Source of the DNA: Candidatus Dormiibacterota bacterium
GTDB lineage: Bacteria; Chloroflexota; Dormibacteria; Aeolococcales; Aeolococcaceae
Assembly: GCA_963718525.1 (NCBI GenBank)
Contig: OY970355.1
Location: 769,730-833,729 of the forward strand
Length of the DNA: 64,000 bases
Direction: 5' to 3'
The notes below the pieces were generated by a model. That model made no database searches. It saw only the letters and a program-made list of their open reading frames with translations, and was not told where the DNA came from. The number at the start of each line of letters is the position of its first letter. Within the stretch, counting starts at the first letter, position 1. This document shows positions 1 to 8,663 of the stretch, one piece after another. The position numbers and the translations under genes are program-made.

Positions 1-245
1 ATGAACAGGATGACCGCCATGACCGTGAGCCCCGGCGCGGTGACTGCCGCCGCTCGAGAGATCGGGACGCCGGTGGCGGACTCAGTCACGCCGGCCCCAA
101 CGGCGGCGAGGACCAGGAGGAAGGTTCCGAGCAGCTCCGAGAACAGCCGGCGCCACTCCCTCGCCGGGTCAGCGAACTCTCGGACCCATCGTCCGTCGTC
201 ACGGCCTCCGGGGTCGATGCGATACGGAGCCCGTTGTACGCCCAC
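1..245 (-). CDS. MIP/aquaporin-family channel, N-terminal fragment (gene runs off the left edge of the window)
   Basis: Absent from the ORF track because there is no stop inside the window. My translation of the minus strand from GTG 245..243 gives VGVQRAPYRIDPGGRDDGRWVREFADPAREWRRLFSELLGTFLLVLAAVGAGVTESATGVPISRAAAVTAPGLTVMAVILF. This matches the conserved start of MIP channels (AE-x-LGTF-x-LV-x-x-G-x-G, then TM2). The first NPA box would lie just outside the window. Start codon uncertain. Confidence 0.5.
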   Translation of the reverse strand, partial: MGVQRAPYRIDPGGRDDGRWVREFADPAREWRRLFSELLGTFLLVLAAVGAGVTESATGVPISRAAAVTAPGLTVMAVILF

Positions 246-360
246 AGGCTTGATTTTAAGCTCTCGGTTCGCTAGCGTACCAAGCGACGAACTCCTGATA
301 AATCTGCGACCGGCTCAGGGGCTGAACCCGCGTAGAACAAGTTTGTGAGGAGGATCTCGG

Positions 361-756
361 GTGGAGGAGATTGTGAAGGTCCTCGTTATCGAGGACGACG
401 CCGAGGCTGCGGAAATGTACCGCCTGCGACTGGCCGGAGACGGCTACGACGTGGTCGTCGGGAGCGATGGGGAAGAGGGGTTGCGGCTGGCGGTCGCCGA
501 GCTACCCGACTTCATCTATCTCGACCTGCGACTGCCGAAACTCGACGGCTTCGAAGTGCTCGAGCGCCTGCGCGCCATGCCTGCGACGGCGCAGATCCCC
601 GTCATCATCCTGAGCAACTACGGCGACCGGGAGTTGCAGCAGCGGGGATTGCAGCTGGGAGCGCTCGAGTTCCTGGTCAAGGCCGACGTGACGCCGCGCG
701 AGCTCACCGACAAGGTCGAGCAGACGACGGGGGCATTGCCGACCGCGCTCGCCTGA
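361..756 (+). CDS. Receiver-only response regulator (CheY-like)
   Basis: 131-aa ORF starting at GTG 361, with GAGGAGG at 347-353 (7-nt spacing). Receiver signatures are VLVIEDD, YLDLRLPKLDG (phospho-acceptor Asp) and FLVKAD (conserved Lys). No output domain. Confidence 0.85.
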   Translation: MEEIVKVLVIEDDAEAAEMYRLRLAGDGYDVVVGSDGEEGLRLAVAELPDFIYLDLRLPKLDGFEVLERLRAMPATAQIPVIILSNYGDRELQQRGLQLGALEFLVKADVTPRELTDKVEQTTGALPTALA

Positions 757-802
757 AACGTCGGCGTGACGATTCGGACGCCATGTCTCATAGCAGCGTC
801 GC

Positions 803-1255
803 CTAGGACGATGCGGGCGCGGCCTGATCGGCCAACTCCGCGGCGCGCCGGGCCATCTCCTCGTCCGAGACGTCCTCGACGTGCGTGGCGAAGTACCACT
901 GGTTCCCAAACGCATCCTGCACACCGGACATCCGGTCACCATAGAACTCGGTCGTCGGCTCGCGCAGTGAAGTGGCGCCAGCGGCCATTGCACGCGCGTA
1001 CGTGGCGTCCGAATCGGTGACATACACGTGCAGCATCGCTTTGGTCGCGGCATCCGGCGATGGAGGATCGGCGAGCATCACCACGGAGTCGCCCACGCGC
1101 GTCTCTGCGTGACCGAGCCGGCCGTCGGGTCCGGGGAGACGCATGATCTCGGTGCCTCCGAGCACATCGACGATGAAAGCGATCAGACGTTCGGCGCCGT
1201 CGACGACGAGATACGGCACAACGTTCTGGTAGCCGGATGGCTTGTACTCGGGCAT
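803..1255 (-). CDS. VOC (glyoxalase/bleomycin-resistance/PhnB-like) family protein
   Basis: 150-aa ORF. N-terminal YQNVVPYLVVDGAERLIAFI and C-terminal YGDRMSGVQDAFGNQWYFATH are typical of the PhnB-like VOC fold. Confidence 0.8.
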   Translation of the reverse strand: MPEYKPSGYQNVVPYLVVDGAERLIAFIVDVLGGTEIMRLPGPDGRLGHAETRVGDSVVMLADPPSPDAATKAMLHVYVTDSDATYARAMAAGATSLREPTTEFYGDRMSGVQDAFGNQWYFATHVEDVSDEEMARRAAELADQAAPASS

Positions 1256-1340
1256 GACTTGCTCCCCTGAGAACCGACGCCTGAAATTCTATCCGGGAGA
1301 TCCATTTGGATGACCATAAAATCGTGCGGTTCTGTAACCG

Positions 1341-3716
1341 ATGGACCACCAAGTGTGGGAGGCAATGTTCGGTTGTGGACCTAACCTTCTGTGCGTGGCT
1401 GCTGCTTATCCACGACTTCGCGCCGCCACCGTTGCCCTCGCGGCTCATTCAGCTCCGCGGTGGGTGCGCGGCGCGTATGCGACCCTGGGGGTCCTGCTCC
1501 TCGCGTACTTTGTCTCGCTGATCGTCCGCGCACCGACCCAATCCAATACGCTCGTCGACGGGTGGGGCATTGCGGCCTTCGAACTCGCTGCCAGCGCCCT
1601 CTGCATCTGGCGAGCGGTGTCGACGCGCCGGCGGACGATTCCGCTCATGCTTGGCCTTGGGATCCTCTCGTGGAGCCTTGGCGACACCATTCTGACGGCT
1701 GAAGCGGCGGGAGGTGGAACGCCCCCGGTGCCATCACTTGCTGACGTGTTCTGGCTGGGTTTCTACCCGCTCGTGTACGTGGCGCTCGTACTCCTGACAC
1801 GCAAGCATCTCAACCGCGTCGGAGCGGCGACATGGCTCGACGGGGCCGTGGCCGGCCTCGGCGCTGCAGCGCTGTGCGCCTGCTTTGCCTTCAACACCAT
1901 CCTGAGCTCCGTTGGTGGTAACGCAACGACGGTTGCGACGGATCTCGCCTATCCGATCGGCGATGGCCTGCTGCTCATCCTCGCGGTCGGGGGCACTGCA
2001 ATCATTCCCGGTCGAAAGCCGCAGTGGCTCCTGCTTGCGTCCGCCATCGGCGTGACTGCAATCGGCGACACGTTCAATCTTTTCGCAAGCTCAGGGACGA
2101 CGTCGCATCTCGGCGCGATCTTCAACGGGATCGCCTGGCCGATCGCGATTCTGCTGATCTCGGTGGCGGTCTGGGTCCGTCCCCTCGTGGCCAGCCCGCT
2201 GGCGCCGTCTGCGAGCGCCGGGTTTCTCCTTCCCGGCCTTGGCGCATGCGCCGGTCTCTCGATCCTGTTGGTCGACACGTTTCACCAGGTGAGCCCGGTC
2301 GCAATCGCGCTTGCCACGGCGACTCTGATCACGGTCGGCGTTCGATTGGCACTTTCGGTGCGCCGACTTCGATTCCTCACCGAAATGCGTCACCGCCAGG
2401 CGATCACGGATCAATTGACCGGTCTCGGAAACCGCAGACAGCTGTTCAACCTGCTGGACGCGTTCTTCGCCGATCAGGCCGACACGGAGACCGTCGAGCG
2501 CCATCTTTCGCTGCTCTATGTCGACCTCGATCATTTCAAAGAGATCAACGACTCGTTCGGTCATGCTGCCGGCGATGACGTGCTCCGACAGTTGGGGCCA
2601 CGTTTGACCAGCCGCCTTCGCGCCACGGACTTCCTTGTCCGCGTCGGAGGAGATGAGCTCGCCGTCCTCATCATGGATACGGACTCGGACTACGCGGTGG
2701 CCGTCGCCCAGCGACTCGTCGCCGAGCTCGAGCAGCCCTTTGAGCTCGACAAGCTCAGCGTCAGGGTGGGCGCCAGCATCGGCATCGCCAGTGCGCCAAC
2801 CGATGCCAACGACAGCGTCTCGCTCCTGCGATGCGCGGATCTTGCGATGTACCGCGCCAAGGTCGGCAGGTCACCGTACGAGACCTACCGGCGCGACGTC
2901 GATGATGAGGGCAACCGGTTGCGGCTTGTCGACGAGTTGCGACATGCCATACAAACTCATGAGCTCGAGGTGTATTACCAGCCCCAGATCGACCTGATCA
3001 CGGGAAAGATGTCTGCGATGGAGGCGTTGGTCCGCTGGCCGCACCCGCGCGTTGGGATGATCCCTCCACTCGACTTCCTGCCGCTCGCCGAGGAAGCCGG
3101 TCTGATGCAGTCCCTGACCGCGCTGGTCCTCAACCAGGCAGTGCGGCAATGCGCGGCATGGCGAACTGCCGGTCGGGATCTCACCATCTCAGTCAATGTT
3201 TCGGCGAGCAACCTCCTCGATTCCGGGTTCAGCGAATCGGTCATGGCGACGCTGGCGGCCCATGACGTTTCCCCGTCATCGTTGATTCTCGAGATCACCG
3301 AGACCACCATCATCAGGGACTTCGATCTCTGCAAGGCCGTCATTGAACAACTCCGCGGCCTCGGACTCGGTGTGTCGATCGATGACTTTGGCGCCGGGGT
3401 GACCTCGCTGGCCTATCTGGGAAGCCTCGCCGTCAGCGAGCTCAAGCTCGACCGCAGCTTTCTGACTCGCCTCGCGACCGGCGACACGGAGAGAAATCTC
3501 GCGCTGGTCAGAGCAACGATTGCACTGGGCCACAAGCTGAACATGCGTGTCGTCGCCGAGGGCATTGAAGACGTGGATGCGCTGAATCTCCTTGCCGCAA
3601 TTGGCTGCGACATGGCCCAGGGCTACTACATCAGCCATCCGATGCCGGCGCGAGAGCTTGGTCCCTCGGGGTCGATGTACAGCAATATCGCCGAGTCCGA
3701 CAACGCTGTTGCGTGA
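1341..3716 (+). CDS. Membrane-bound GGDEF-EAL protein (diguanylate cyclase/phosphodiesterase)
   Basis: 791-aa ORF. The N-terminal region of about 330 aa is multi-helix and hydrophobic. The GGDEF domain has RATD (an I-site-like RxxD) five residues before GGDEL. The EAL domain has MEALVRW, EITETT and DDFGAG. Exact start uncertain. Confidence 0.85.
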   Translation: MDHQVWEAMFGCGPNLLCVAAAYPRLRAATVALAAHSAPRWVRGAYATLGVLLLAYFVSLIVRAPTQSNTLVDGWGIAAFELAASALCIWRAVSTRRRTIPLMLGLGILSWSLGDTILTAEAAGGGTPPVPSLADVFWLGFYPLVYVALVLLTRKHLNRVGAATWLDGAVAGLGAAALCACFAFNTILSSVGGNATTVATDLAYPIGDGLLLILAVGGTAIIPGRKPQWLLLASAIGVTAIGDTFNLFASSGTTSHLGAIFNGIAWPIAILLISVAVWVRPLVASPLAPSASAGFLLPGLGACAGLSILLVDTFHQVSPVAIALATATLITVGVRLALSVRRLRFLTEMRHRQAITDQLTGLGNRRQLFNLLDAFFADQADTETVERHLSLLYVDLDHFKEINDSFGHAAGDDVLRQLGPRLTSRLRATDFLVRVGGDELAVLIMDTDSDYAVAVAQRLVAELEQPFELDKLSVRVGASIGIASAPTDANDSVSLLRCADLAMYRAKVGRSPYETYRRDVDDEGNRLRLVDELRHAIQTHELEVYYQPQIDLITGKMSAMEALVRWPHPRVGMIPPLDFLPLAEEAGLMQSLTALVLNQAVRQCAAWRTAGRDLTISVNVSASNLLDSGFSESVMATLAAHDVSPSSLILEITETTIIRDFDLCKAVIEQLRGLGLGVSIDDFGAGVTSLAYLGSLAVSELKLDRSFLTRLATGDTERNLALVRATIALGHKLNMRVVAEGIEDVDALNLLAAIGCDMAQGYYISHPMPARELGPSGSMYSNIAESDNAVA

Positions 3717-3832
3717 GGCGGTGCTGTTGGTGACACAGCACACCGCGCGGGCTGCGTTCGCTCATCACCAGATCCCCGGGATCAGGCGTTTGGTGCGACT
3801 CTCATACGCGCGATAGGCGCAAGCCAAGCCGA

Positions 3833-3869
3833 GGGCCGCCTCCAGGGTTTGGAGGCGGCCCGATCTTTT
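3833..3869 (+). terminator. Rho-independent terminator candidate downstream of the GGDEF-EAL gene
   Basis: Perfect 12-bp stem GGGCCGCCTCCA (3833-3844) / TGGAGGCGGCCC (3850-3861), 5-nt loop, then GATCTTTT (T-tract 3864-3869). Confidence 0.6.
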
Positions 3870-3910
3870 ACGAACGACATACCGTTGGATCAGTGACGGG
3901 GGGCCGAGCA

Positions 3911-4096
3911 TCAGGATCTGCTCAGGCCGCCCGCCACGAGACGCCGCTCGCGAACTCGACGCGCCGGGCGCCGGGTCACGAACCGCCAGAAGGTACGGAT
4001 TCGGTCGATGTTCGGCACTGCGAACATCCCGATCGCGACAGCTGCGAAGGTGCCGGCTGCGAGGTCGATGTTGAGAAGGATTGCGTCCGTCGTCAT
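3911..4096 (-). CDS. Hypothetical small membrane protein (61 aa)
   Basis: ATG preceded by AAGGAGA at 8-nt spacing on the minus strand. One hydrophobic helix (AAGTFAAVAIGMFAV) followed by an Arg-rich tail. No family recognised. Confidence 0.4.
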   Translation of the reverse strand: MTTDAILLNIDLAAGTFAAVAIGMFAVPNIDRIRTFWRFVTRRPARRVRERRLVAGGLSRS

Positions 4097-4200
4097 GTCA
4101 GAGTCTCCTTGTCAGTTGTGGTTGATTCGACACTGACGACGCTAACGACGTGACCTCCGAGCCTCCTTGGACATTTCTGGGATTTCTCTCAGTCTTACGC

Positions 4201-4923
4201 TCACCGTCCGGTGGTTGCCGATACCCTTTGGTATTCGGTCGGATCTGTCACACGCGCCAGTGCGAATGCCTCACGGCGTTCGAAGCAGGTGCCGCACGTA
4301 CCGCAGTGCGTCGCACCCCCCTTGTAGCACGACCAGGTTCGCTCGAATGGCACGTTCAACTCGCTGCCGATTCTGACGATGTCAGTTTTGGTCATCGCCA
4401 GAAACGGCGTGATGATCTCGATGCTGGCGAGTCCCTCGACGGCCAGGTTGACCATCGACTCGAACGCATGCACAAATTCCGGACGGCAGTCCGGGTAGAT
4501 GAAGTGATCGCCGGTGTGCGCACCGAATGCGACCGCGCCGGCCTCGCGAGTCACCGCGAGTGCGCACGCGATGCTGAGCATGATCGCGTTGCGATTTGGC
4601 ACCACCGTGATCCTCATGCTCTCGTCGGCATAATGGCCGTCCGGGACCGTGACGTTCTCGTCTGTCAGCGCCGACCCGCTCAGAACATTCGTGAGTCCCG
4701 CCGCATGCAGATCGATGAGCGTCCACGGTGCGTCAAGGTCCGCCGCCATCCGCCGTGCGAACTCCAGCTCCTTGCGGTGTCGCTGGCCGTAGTCGAACGA
4801 GATCGCGTTGAGCGCATATCCCTGCGCCCGAAGCGAGTAGGCCATTGTTGTCGAGTCCAGGCCCCCGGACACCACGGCGACCACGCGACGTTCGGCGATC
4901 ACCGTGTTGCTGGAGTCCGGCAC
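4201..4923 (-). CDS. queC: 7-cyano-7-deazaguanine synthase
   Basis: 240 aa. PP-loop VVSGGLDSTT and C-terminal Cys cluster CYKGGATHCGTCGTCFERREAF, typical of QueC. The start may be the internal GTG at 4902. Confidence 0.9.
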   Translation of the reverse strand: MPDSSNTVIAERRVVAVVSGGLDSTTMAYSLRAQGYALNAISFDYGQRHRKELEFARRMAADLDAPWTLIDLHAAGLTNVLSGSALTDENVTVPDGHYADESMRITVVPNRNAIMLSIACALAVTREAGAVAFGAHTGDHFIYPDCRPEFVHAFESMVNLAVEGLASIEIITPFLAMTKTDIVRIGSELNVPFERTWSCYKGGATHCGTCGTCFERREAFALARVTDPTEYQRVSATTGR

Positions 4924-4974
4924 GATCGGCCGATTGTCTCCGATGCAACGCCGACGGGGCGCGGCCCGGCCCCC

Positions 4975-5045
4975 CGCATATTACAGTAGGACTATCATAT
5001 AATCTGCTAATCTACCCAATGGATTGGATCTAGGAGGTCGAGGCT
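4975..5045. promoter_or_regulatory. AT-rich divergent intergenic region (queC <-> micro-ORF). Probable promoters.
   Basis: A sharp local drop in GC within high-GC DNA. TATAAT at 4998-5003 on the plus strand, small palindrome CCAATGGATTGG at 5016-5027, AGGAGG at 5032-5037. No experimentally defined motif was matched. Confidence 0.3.
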
Positions 5046-5123
5046 GTGTTGACAGTGATCCTGATCATCGTTCTCGTAGTGCTTCTCGTCGGCGGCGGCG
5101 GCTACTTCTGGCGCTCGCTGTGA
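5046..5123 (+). CDS. Candidate 25-aa hydrophobic micro-protein
   Basis: Below the ORF-track cutoff. GTG 5046 lies 8 nt after a perfect AGGAGG (5032-5037). Translation is (M)LTVILIIVLVVLLVGGGGYFWRSL, ending at TGA 5121-5123, 22 nt upstream of the next gene. Confidence 0.4.
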   Translation: MLTVILIIVLVVLLVGGGGYFWRSL

Positions 5124-5145
5124 CGGGTCGTCAGGGCAGCCGCGC

Positions 5146-5616
5146 ATGAAGAGGCTGCTGCGCGGCGCAGTCGCCGGAGCCGTGGCGACCGCGCCGATGA
5201 GCGCCGTCATGGTGGGCGCAAAGAAGTTCGGGCTCATGGGCGGCATGCCGCCCGAGAAGATCACAGCGAAGATCCTCAAGCGGACTGGTAACCGGCCGAG
5301 CTCTCAGCAGCAGGACGCTCTCGCCACCGTGTTCCACTTCGCATTCGGGACGGCTGCGGGAGCGGCCTTCGGTGTCGTCGCACCCAAGCGCCTGGTCGCT
5401 CGTGTGCCTCTGGGCGTGGCATACGGAACATCGATCTGGGGTATCAGCTATATGGGATGGGTGCCGGCGTTCGGCATCATGCCGCCGTCGCACCGGGATC
5501 GGCGTGATCGACAGGTGGTCATGTTCGCCGGCCACCTCATGTATGGGGCGGTCCTCGCCATTCTCGTCGGAAGGCCTGCGGACCAGAACGCATCAGAGGG
5601 TGACCGTCAGAGCTGA
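5146..5616 (+). CDS. Hypothetical integral membrane protein
   Basis: 156-aa ORF with 3-4 hydrophobic segments (AVAGAVATAPMSAVMV, FHFAFGTAAGAAFGVV, MFAGHLMYGAVLAILV). Family not confidently recognised. Confidence 0.6.
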   Translation: MKRLLRGAVAGAVATAPMSAVMVGAKKFGLMGGMPPEKITAKILKRTGNRPSSQQQDALATVFHFAFGTAAGAAFGVVAPKRLVARVPLGVAYGTSIWGISYMGWVPAFGIMPPSHRDRRDRQVVMFAGHLMYGAVLAILVGRPADQNASEGDRQS

Positions 5617-5746
5617 CGCTCCGTCCCCAGCGCAAGCGTTGTTCTGCTTGAAAAGCGAAGCGGCGGTCGGGGTCAACCAGGCCGCTCATTCTCAGCCCGG
5701 GACCCCTTCCGCCGCTCACCAGCGGTTGATGTTCAGTACTCGAGCG

Positions 5747-6085
5747 TCAACGCTTCCCGCCGGCCATGAGCTGCCGCCAGCCCCGGACGTTGATCTCCAC
5801 GCCATGGCGCTTTGCCGCCGCGCGAATCCTTCGCCATGCCCTGTCACGCTCCGCGTCAGACACGCCCTCGACCTGATCGAACCGTGCGATGGCGTTGCGC
5901 ACATGGGACGCATCGGTCAGCGGTTCCTTGCGCTCAGCGGGAAACGCGAAGCGCTCGGCACTGAGCGCGTTGCGATCACGCTCGCGCAGCTCATGGCCGC
6001 GCTTCGGTGCCGCTCCCTTGTGACTGGCACGCTGCGCGGCTTTCACATTGGTTCGTGCCGCCTCTTTCTGCCGTTGAGTGGCCAT
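5747..6085 (-). CDS. Conserved hypothetical protein (DUF6582-like)
   Basis: 112 aa, GGAGG upstream of the ATG. The motif FAFPAERKEPLTDASHVRNAIARFDQV resembles what I recall of the DUF6582 family. The family name is from memory. Confidence 0.55.
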   Translation of the reverse strand: MATQRQKEAARTNVKAAQRASHKGAAPKRGHELRERDRNALSAERFAFPAERKEPLTDASHVRNAIARFDQVEGVSDAERDRAWRRIRAAAKRHGVEINVRGWRQLMAGGKR

Positions 6086-6235
6086 CCGATGACCTCCAGA
6101 TACTTATAACGAACCTATAACTAATAATGATGGCTGCGTACCCGATGTGGCAAGCGCGTGCCCAACCAATGATTGCCGGCGGCGCAGGGATCGCCGGGGC
6201 GGCACCCGGCGGGCCCCGGCGATTCCGCCACGGCG

Positions 6236-6763
6236 CTACCGCGCTCCGGCGCCGACCTTGCCGAGCATCTCAAGGGCCGCTTTCGAGAACGCCTCGAGGT
6301 CACCCGGCTGCCGGGATGTGACCAGGTTGCCGTCGACGACGACCTCCTTGTCGACGACGTTGGCTCCAGCCGCCCTGAGATCCACCTGGATCGTCTTCCA
6401 AGCGGTCATCGTCCGTCCCTCGACCACGCCCGCTGTGAGCAGCAGCTGGGGGCCGTGACAGACTGCGAAAACAGGTCGCTCGCGATCAAAGAAGGCCTTC
6501 GTGAACGCGACCATGCGCTGGTCGGCGCGCAGGTGATCCGGGGAATATCCACCCGGGATGAAGAGCGCGTCAAACTCGTCTGGGGACACCTCGTTGATGC
6601 TTCGGTCGACGCGAACGACCTCCTTGCCCTGCTTGCCAGTCAGCCTGGCGTCGCGCTCGAGCCCGATCACCACGACCTGATGCCCCGCGGCTGTGAAGGC
6701 GTCGTACGGCTTGCGGAATTCGGAATCCTCAAAATCGTTGTCGAGCAGGCAGGCAATTCTCAT
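6236..6763 (-). CDS. DJ-1/PfpI family protein (type 1 glutamine amidotransferase-like)
   Basis: 175 aa. Nucleophile elbow AVCHGPQLL and FIPGGYSPDHLR are typical PfpI motifs. Confidence 0.9.
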   Translation of the reverse strand: MRIACLLDNDFEDSEFRKPYDAFTAAGHQVVVIGLERDARLTGKQGKEVVRVDRSINEVSPDEFDALFIPGGYSPDHLRADQRMVAFTKAFFDRERPVFAVCHGPQLLLTAGVVEGRTMTAWKTIQVDLRAAGANVVDKEVVVDGNLVTSRQPGDLEAFSKAALEMLGKVGAGAR

Positions 6764-6849
6764 AGCCTTCTCCTCGTGTGGGTTTGGTGGATAACTCTGG
6801 GGAAAGCGTATAGCCGCAGTACCAGATTTCGTACCCAGCCCGTGGACCG

Positions 6850-7572
6850 TCAGCCGCGCCGCAGCCGGGCACCGAGCGCGAGCGCGTTGCGGACGGCGTT
6901 GCCCGCCGTGTCGTTGTTGAAGTACACGAAGGCATCACGGTCGAGGCGGGCAAGCCGGTCTGCGTACGCGTTGATCACAGTTCGCCCGTAGTTGCCGTTC
7001 GTGCCCCGACCACCGTGGAGGCGCAGATACAGCCAGTCAGCGGTGATCCACTCGGGGTTCTGCAGCAGTCCCGCGCGGTCGGCCCACACCAGTGCGGTTC
7101 CGTGGCTACGGAGGATCTCCCTCACGCCGTCCGCGAACCAGGATGCATGCCGGAACTCGACGGCCACCTTGACCTGATCCGGGAACGCTCTCAACGCGCC
7201 GTCGAGCCGCGCATCGTCCCTGACCAAGGTTGGGGGCAGCTGCACGACGATAGGCCCAAGGTGCTGCCCAAGCCGCACCGCACGTTCCATGAAGAGGTGC
7301 ACTGGACCATCCGGGTCACGCAGGCTGCGGATGTGCGTCAGGTAGCGGCTCATCTTCACCGCGAAGAGAAATCCGGCCGGCACCGACGCGCTCCAGGTAT
7401 CGAAGTTGGCGGCTGACGGGAGCCGGTAGAAGCTGTTGTTCAGCTCGACGGTGTCGAAAATCTCGGCGTAGCGCTGCAGCCATGCGCGCTGCGGGAGGCC
7501 GTTGGGATAGAGCCCGCCTCGCCAGTCGGCGTATTGCCATCCGGATGTCCCGATGCGGATGTGCTGCGCCAC
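6850..7572 (-). CDS. DUF72 family protein
   Basis: 240 aa. The N-terminal IGTSGWQYADWRGGLYP and NNSFYRLP are DUF72 hallmarks. Confidence 0.9.
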   Translation of the reverse strand: MAQHIRIGTSGWQYADWRGGLYPNGLPQRAWLQRYAEIFDTVELNNSFYRLPSAANFDTWSASVPAGFLFAVKMSRYLTHIRSLRDPDGPVHLFMERAVRLGQHLGPIVVQLPPTLVRDDARLDGALRAFPDQVKVAVEFRHASWFADGVREILRSHGTALVWADRAGLLQNPEWITADWLYLRLHGGRGTNGNYGRTVINAYADRLARLDRDAFVYFNNDTAGNAVRNALALGARLRRG

Positions 7573-7593
7573 CCGAGTACCCGCGACCGCCGT

Positions 7594-7929
7594 TCAGTCG
7601 AAGCGGTCGTCGTAGCCGGCCCGGTGGGGGCAGAGTTTGTCGAGCAGCGCTCCCTGCCACGTCATCAGTGCATCGTGGAGCCTGGCGCCGGATCTCGCTG
7701 TCCAGACGGCCGCAGGTGCGGGAACGGTGATGGTGCGCGCGAGATCGGCGATCTGAGTTCGCACATCCGCGGGCACGACGCCGTCAGCCTGCAGGTTCTG
7801 AGCCTCGACTGCCTCGAGAAGGTCCTCGAAGTCCTGTAGCTGCCGAGCGCGCTCGTGGCGCTCCTCGACGAGAGTGCGCGCGCTCGCATGAGCGAGACTT
7901 CCCTCCTGAATGGCACTGGCGATACCCAT
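7594..7929 (-). CDS. Hypothetical protein (111 aa)
   Basis: ORF divergent from the HspR-like gene. No recognisable family. Confidence 0.4.
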   Translation of the reverse strand: MGIASAIQEGSLAHASARTLVEERHERARQLQDFEDLLEAVEAQNLQADGVVPADVRTQIADLARTITVPAPAAVWTARSGARLHDALMTWQGALLDKLCPHRAGYDDRFD

Positions 7930-7990
7930 CTGGACGTGACCTCGTGGCTGTCGGTAAAGGTGATAGTGATACTATAAGTATGCAGGCCAG

Positions 7991-8020
7991 GGAGTCAAGC
8001 AGCCATCTTGAGTGGACTCC
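7991..8020. promoter_or_regulatory. HAIR-like inverted repeat (candidate HspR operator)
   Basis: AGTCAAG (7993-7999)-N7-CTTGAGT (8007-8013), nested in GGAGTC (7991-7996)...GACTCC (8015-8020). It lies just downstream of a TATAAG -10-like hexamer (7973-7978) and upstream of the HspR-like gene. Confidence 0.35.
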
Positions 8021-8110
8021 GGGAGCCCAATTGGACTTTGCTTGCCCCATTCACGGTGCACGCGACTAGAATCGAGAACATGATGATCGGGCACCACATC
8101 GACCACACCC

Positions 8111-8488
8111 TTGATCCATGCGGCAGCGCACAGGGTGTCGAACGTGGCTGTTGAGCTGTTGGCTCCGATGTCGGAGCGGATGCTCGACCTGGACAAGCCG
8201 CTGTACACGATCAGTGTCGCTGCGGAAATCCTTGCGTCGCATCCGCGCACGCTGATGATGTACGAGACCATGGGTCTCGGCGTCCCGGCGCGCACCGCAA
8301 CCAACCGGCGGCGCTATACGCAGCGCGACATCCTCACGCTGAGTGCAATTCAGCGGCTCACCCGGCAGCACGGGCTGAACATTGCCGGCGCACGTTATGT
8401 CATCAAGTGTCTGCAACTCCTGGACGCACACGGCATTCCGCGTCCGCCCGAGCTCGCCGGCATCGACCTGGAGCACGTCCGGCTCTAA
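8111..8488 (+). CDS. MerR-family regulator, HspR-like
   Basis: YTISVAAEILASHPRTLMMYETMGLGVPARTATNRRRYTQRDILTLSAIQRL matches the HspR-type MerR helix-turn-helix. The ORF opens at TTG 8111. ATG 8168 or ATG 8180 are more likely starts. Confidence 0.8.
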   Translation: MIHAAAHRVSNVAVELLAPMSERMLDLDKPLYTISVAAEILASHPRTLMMYETMGLGVPARTATNRRRYTQRDILTLSAIQRLTRQHGLNIAGARYVIKCLQLLDAHGIPRPPELAGIDLEHVRL

Positions 8489-8663
8489 TCGCGACGGAAG
8501 CGGGCACGGCGAACATGCCCCTCTCGGGTTCGACGGGTATCGCGCGCGGTCGAACGGGTCTCCCCCCGATTCACGCATCGTATAGTTCAAGACCCACAGA
8601 TCATGATAGCGCTCGTAGTACCATTGCCCGACCTCTACATTCGCCATGCAGGGAGGGACAACG

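Noticed and set aside
1-348. Plus-strand ORF 1..348 (115 aa) at the left edge.
   Set aside because: Its composition is Arg/Ser/Pro/Thr-rich and motif-free, whereas the opposite strand translates to a clear MIP-channel N-terminus. I annotated the minus-strand fragment instead.
4924-4985. PreQ1 riboswitch in the queC leader.
   Set aside because: The leader (UAUGCGGGGGGCCGGGCCGCGCCCCGUCGGCGUUGCAUCGGAGACAAUCGGCCGAUC) has no A-rich tail and no ACUA/CCUC core like the preQ1-I or preQ1-II motifs that I know.
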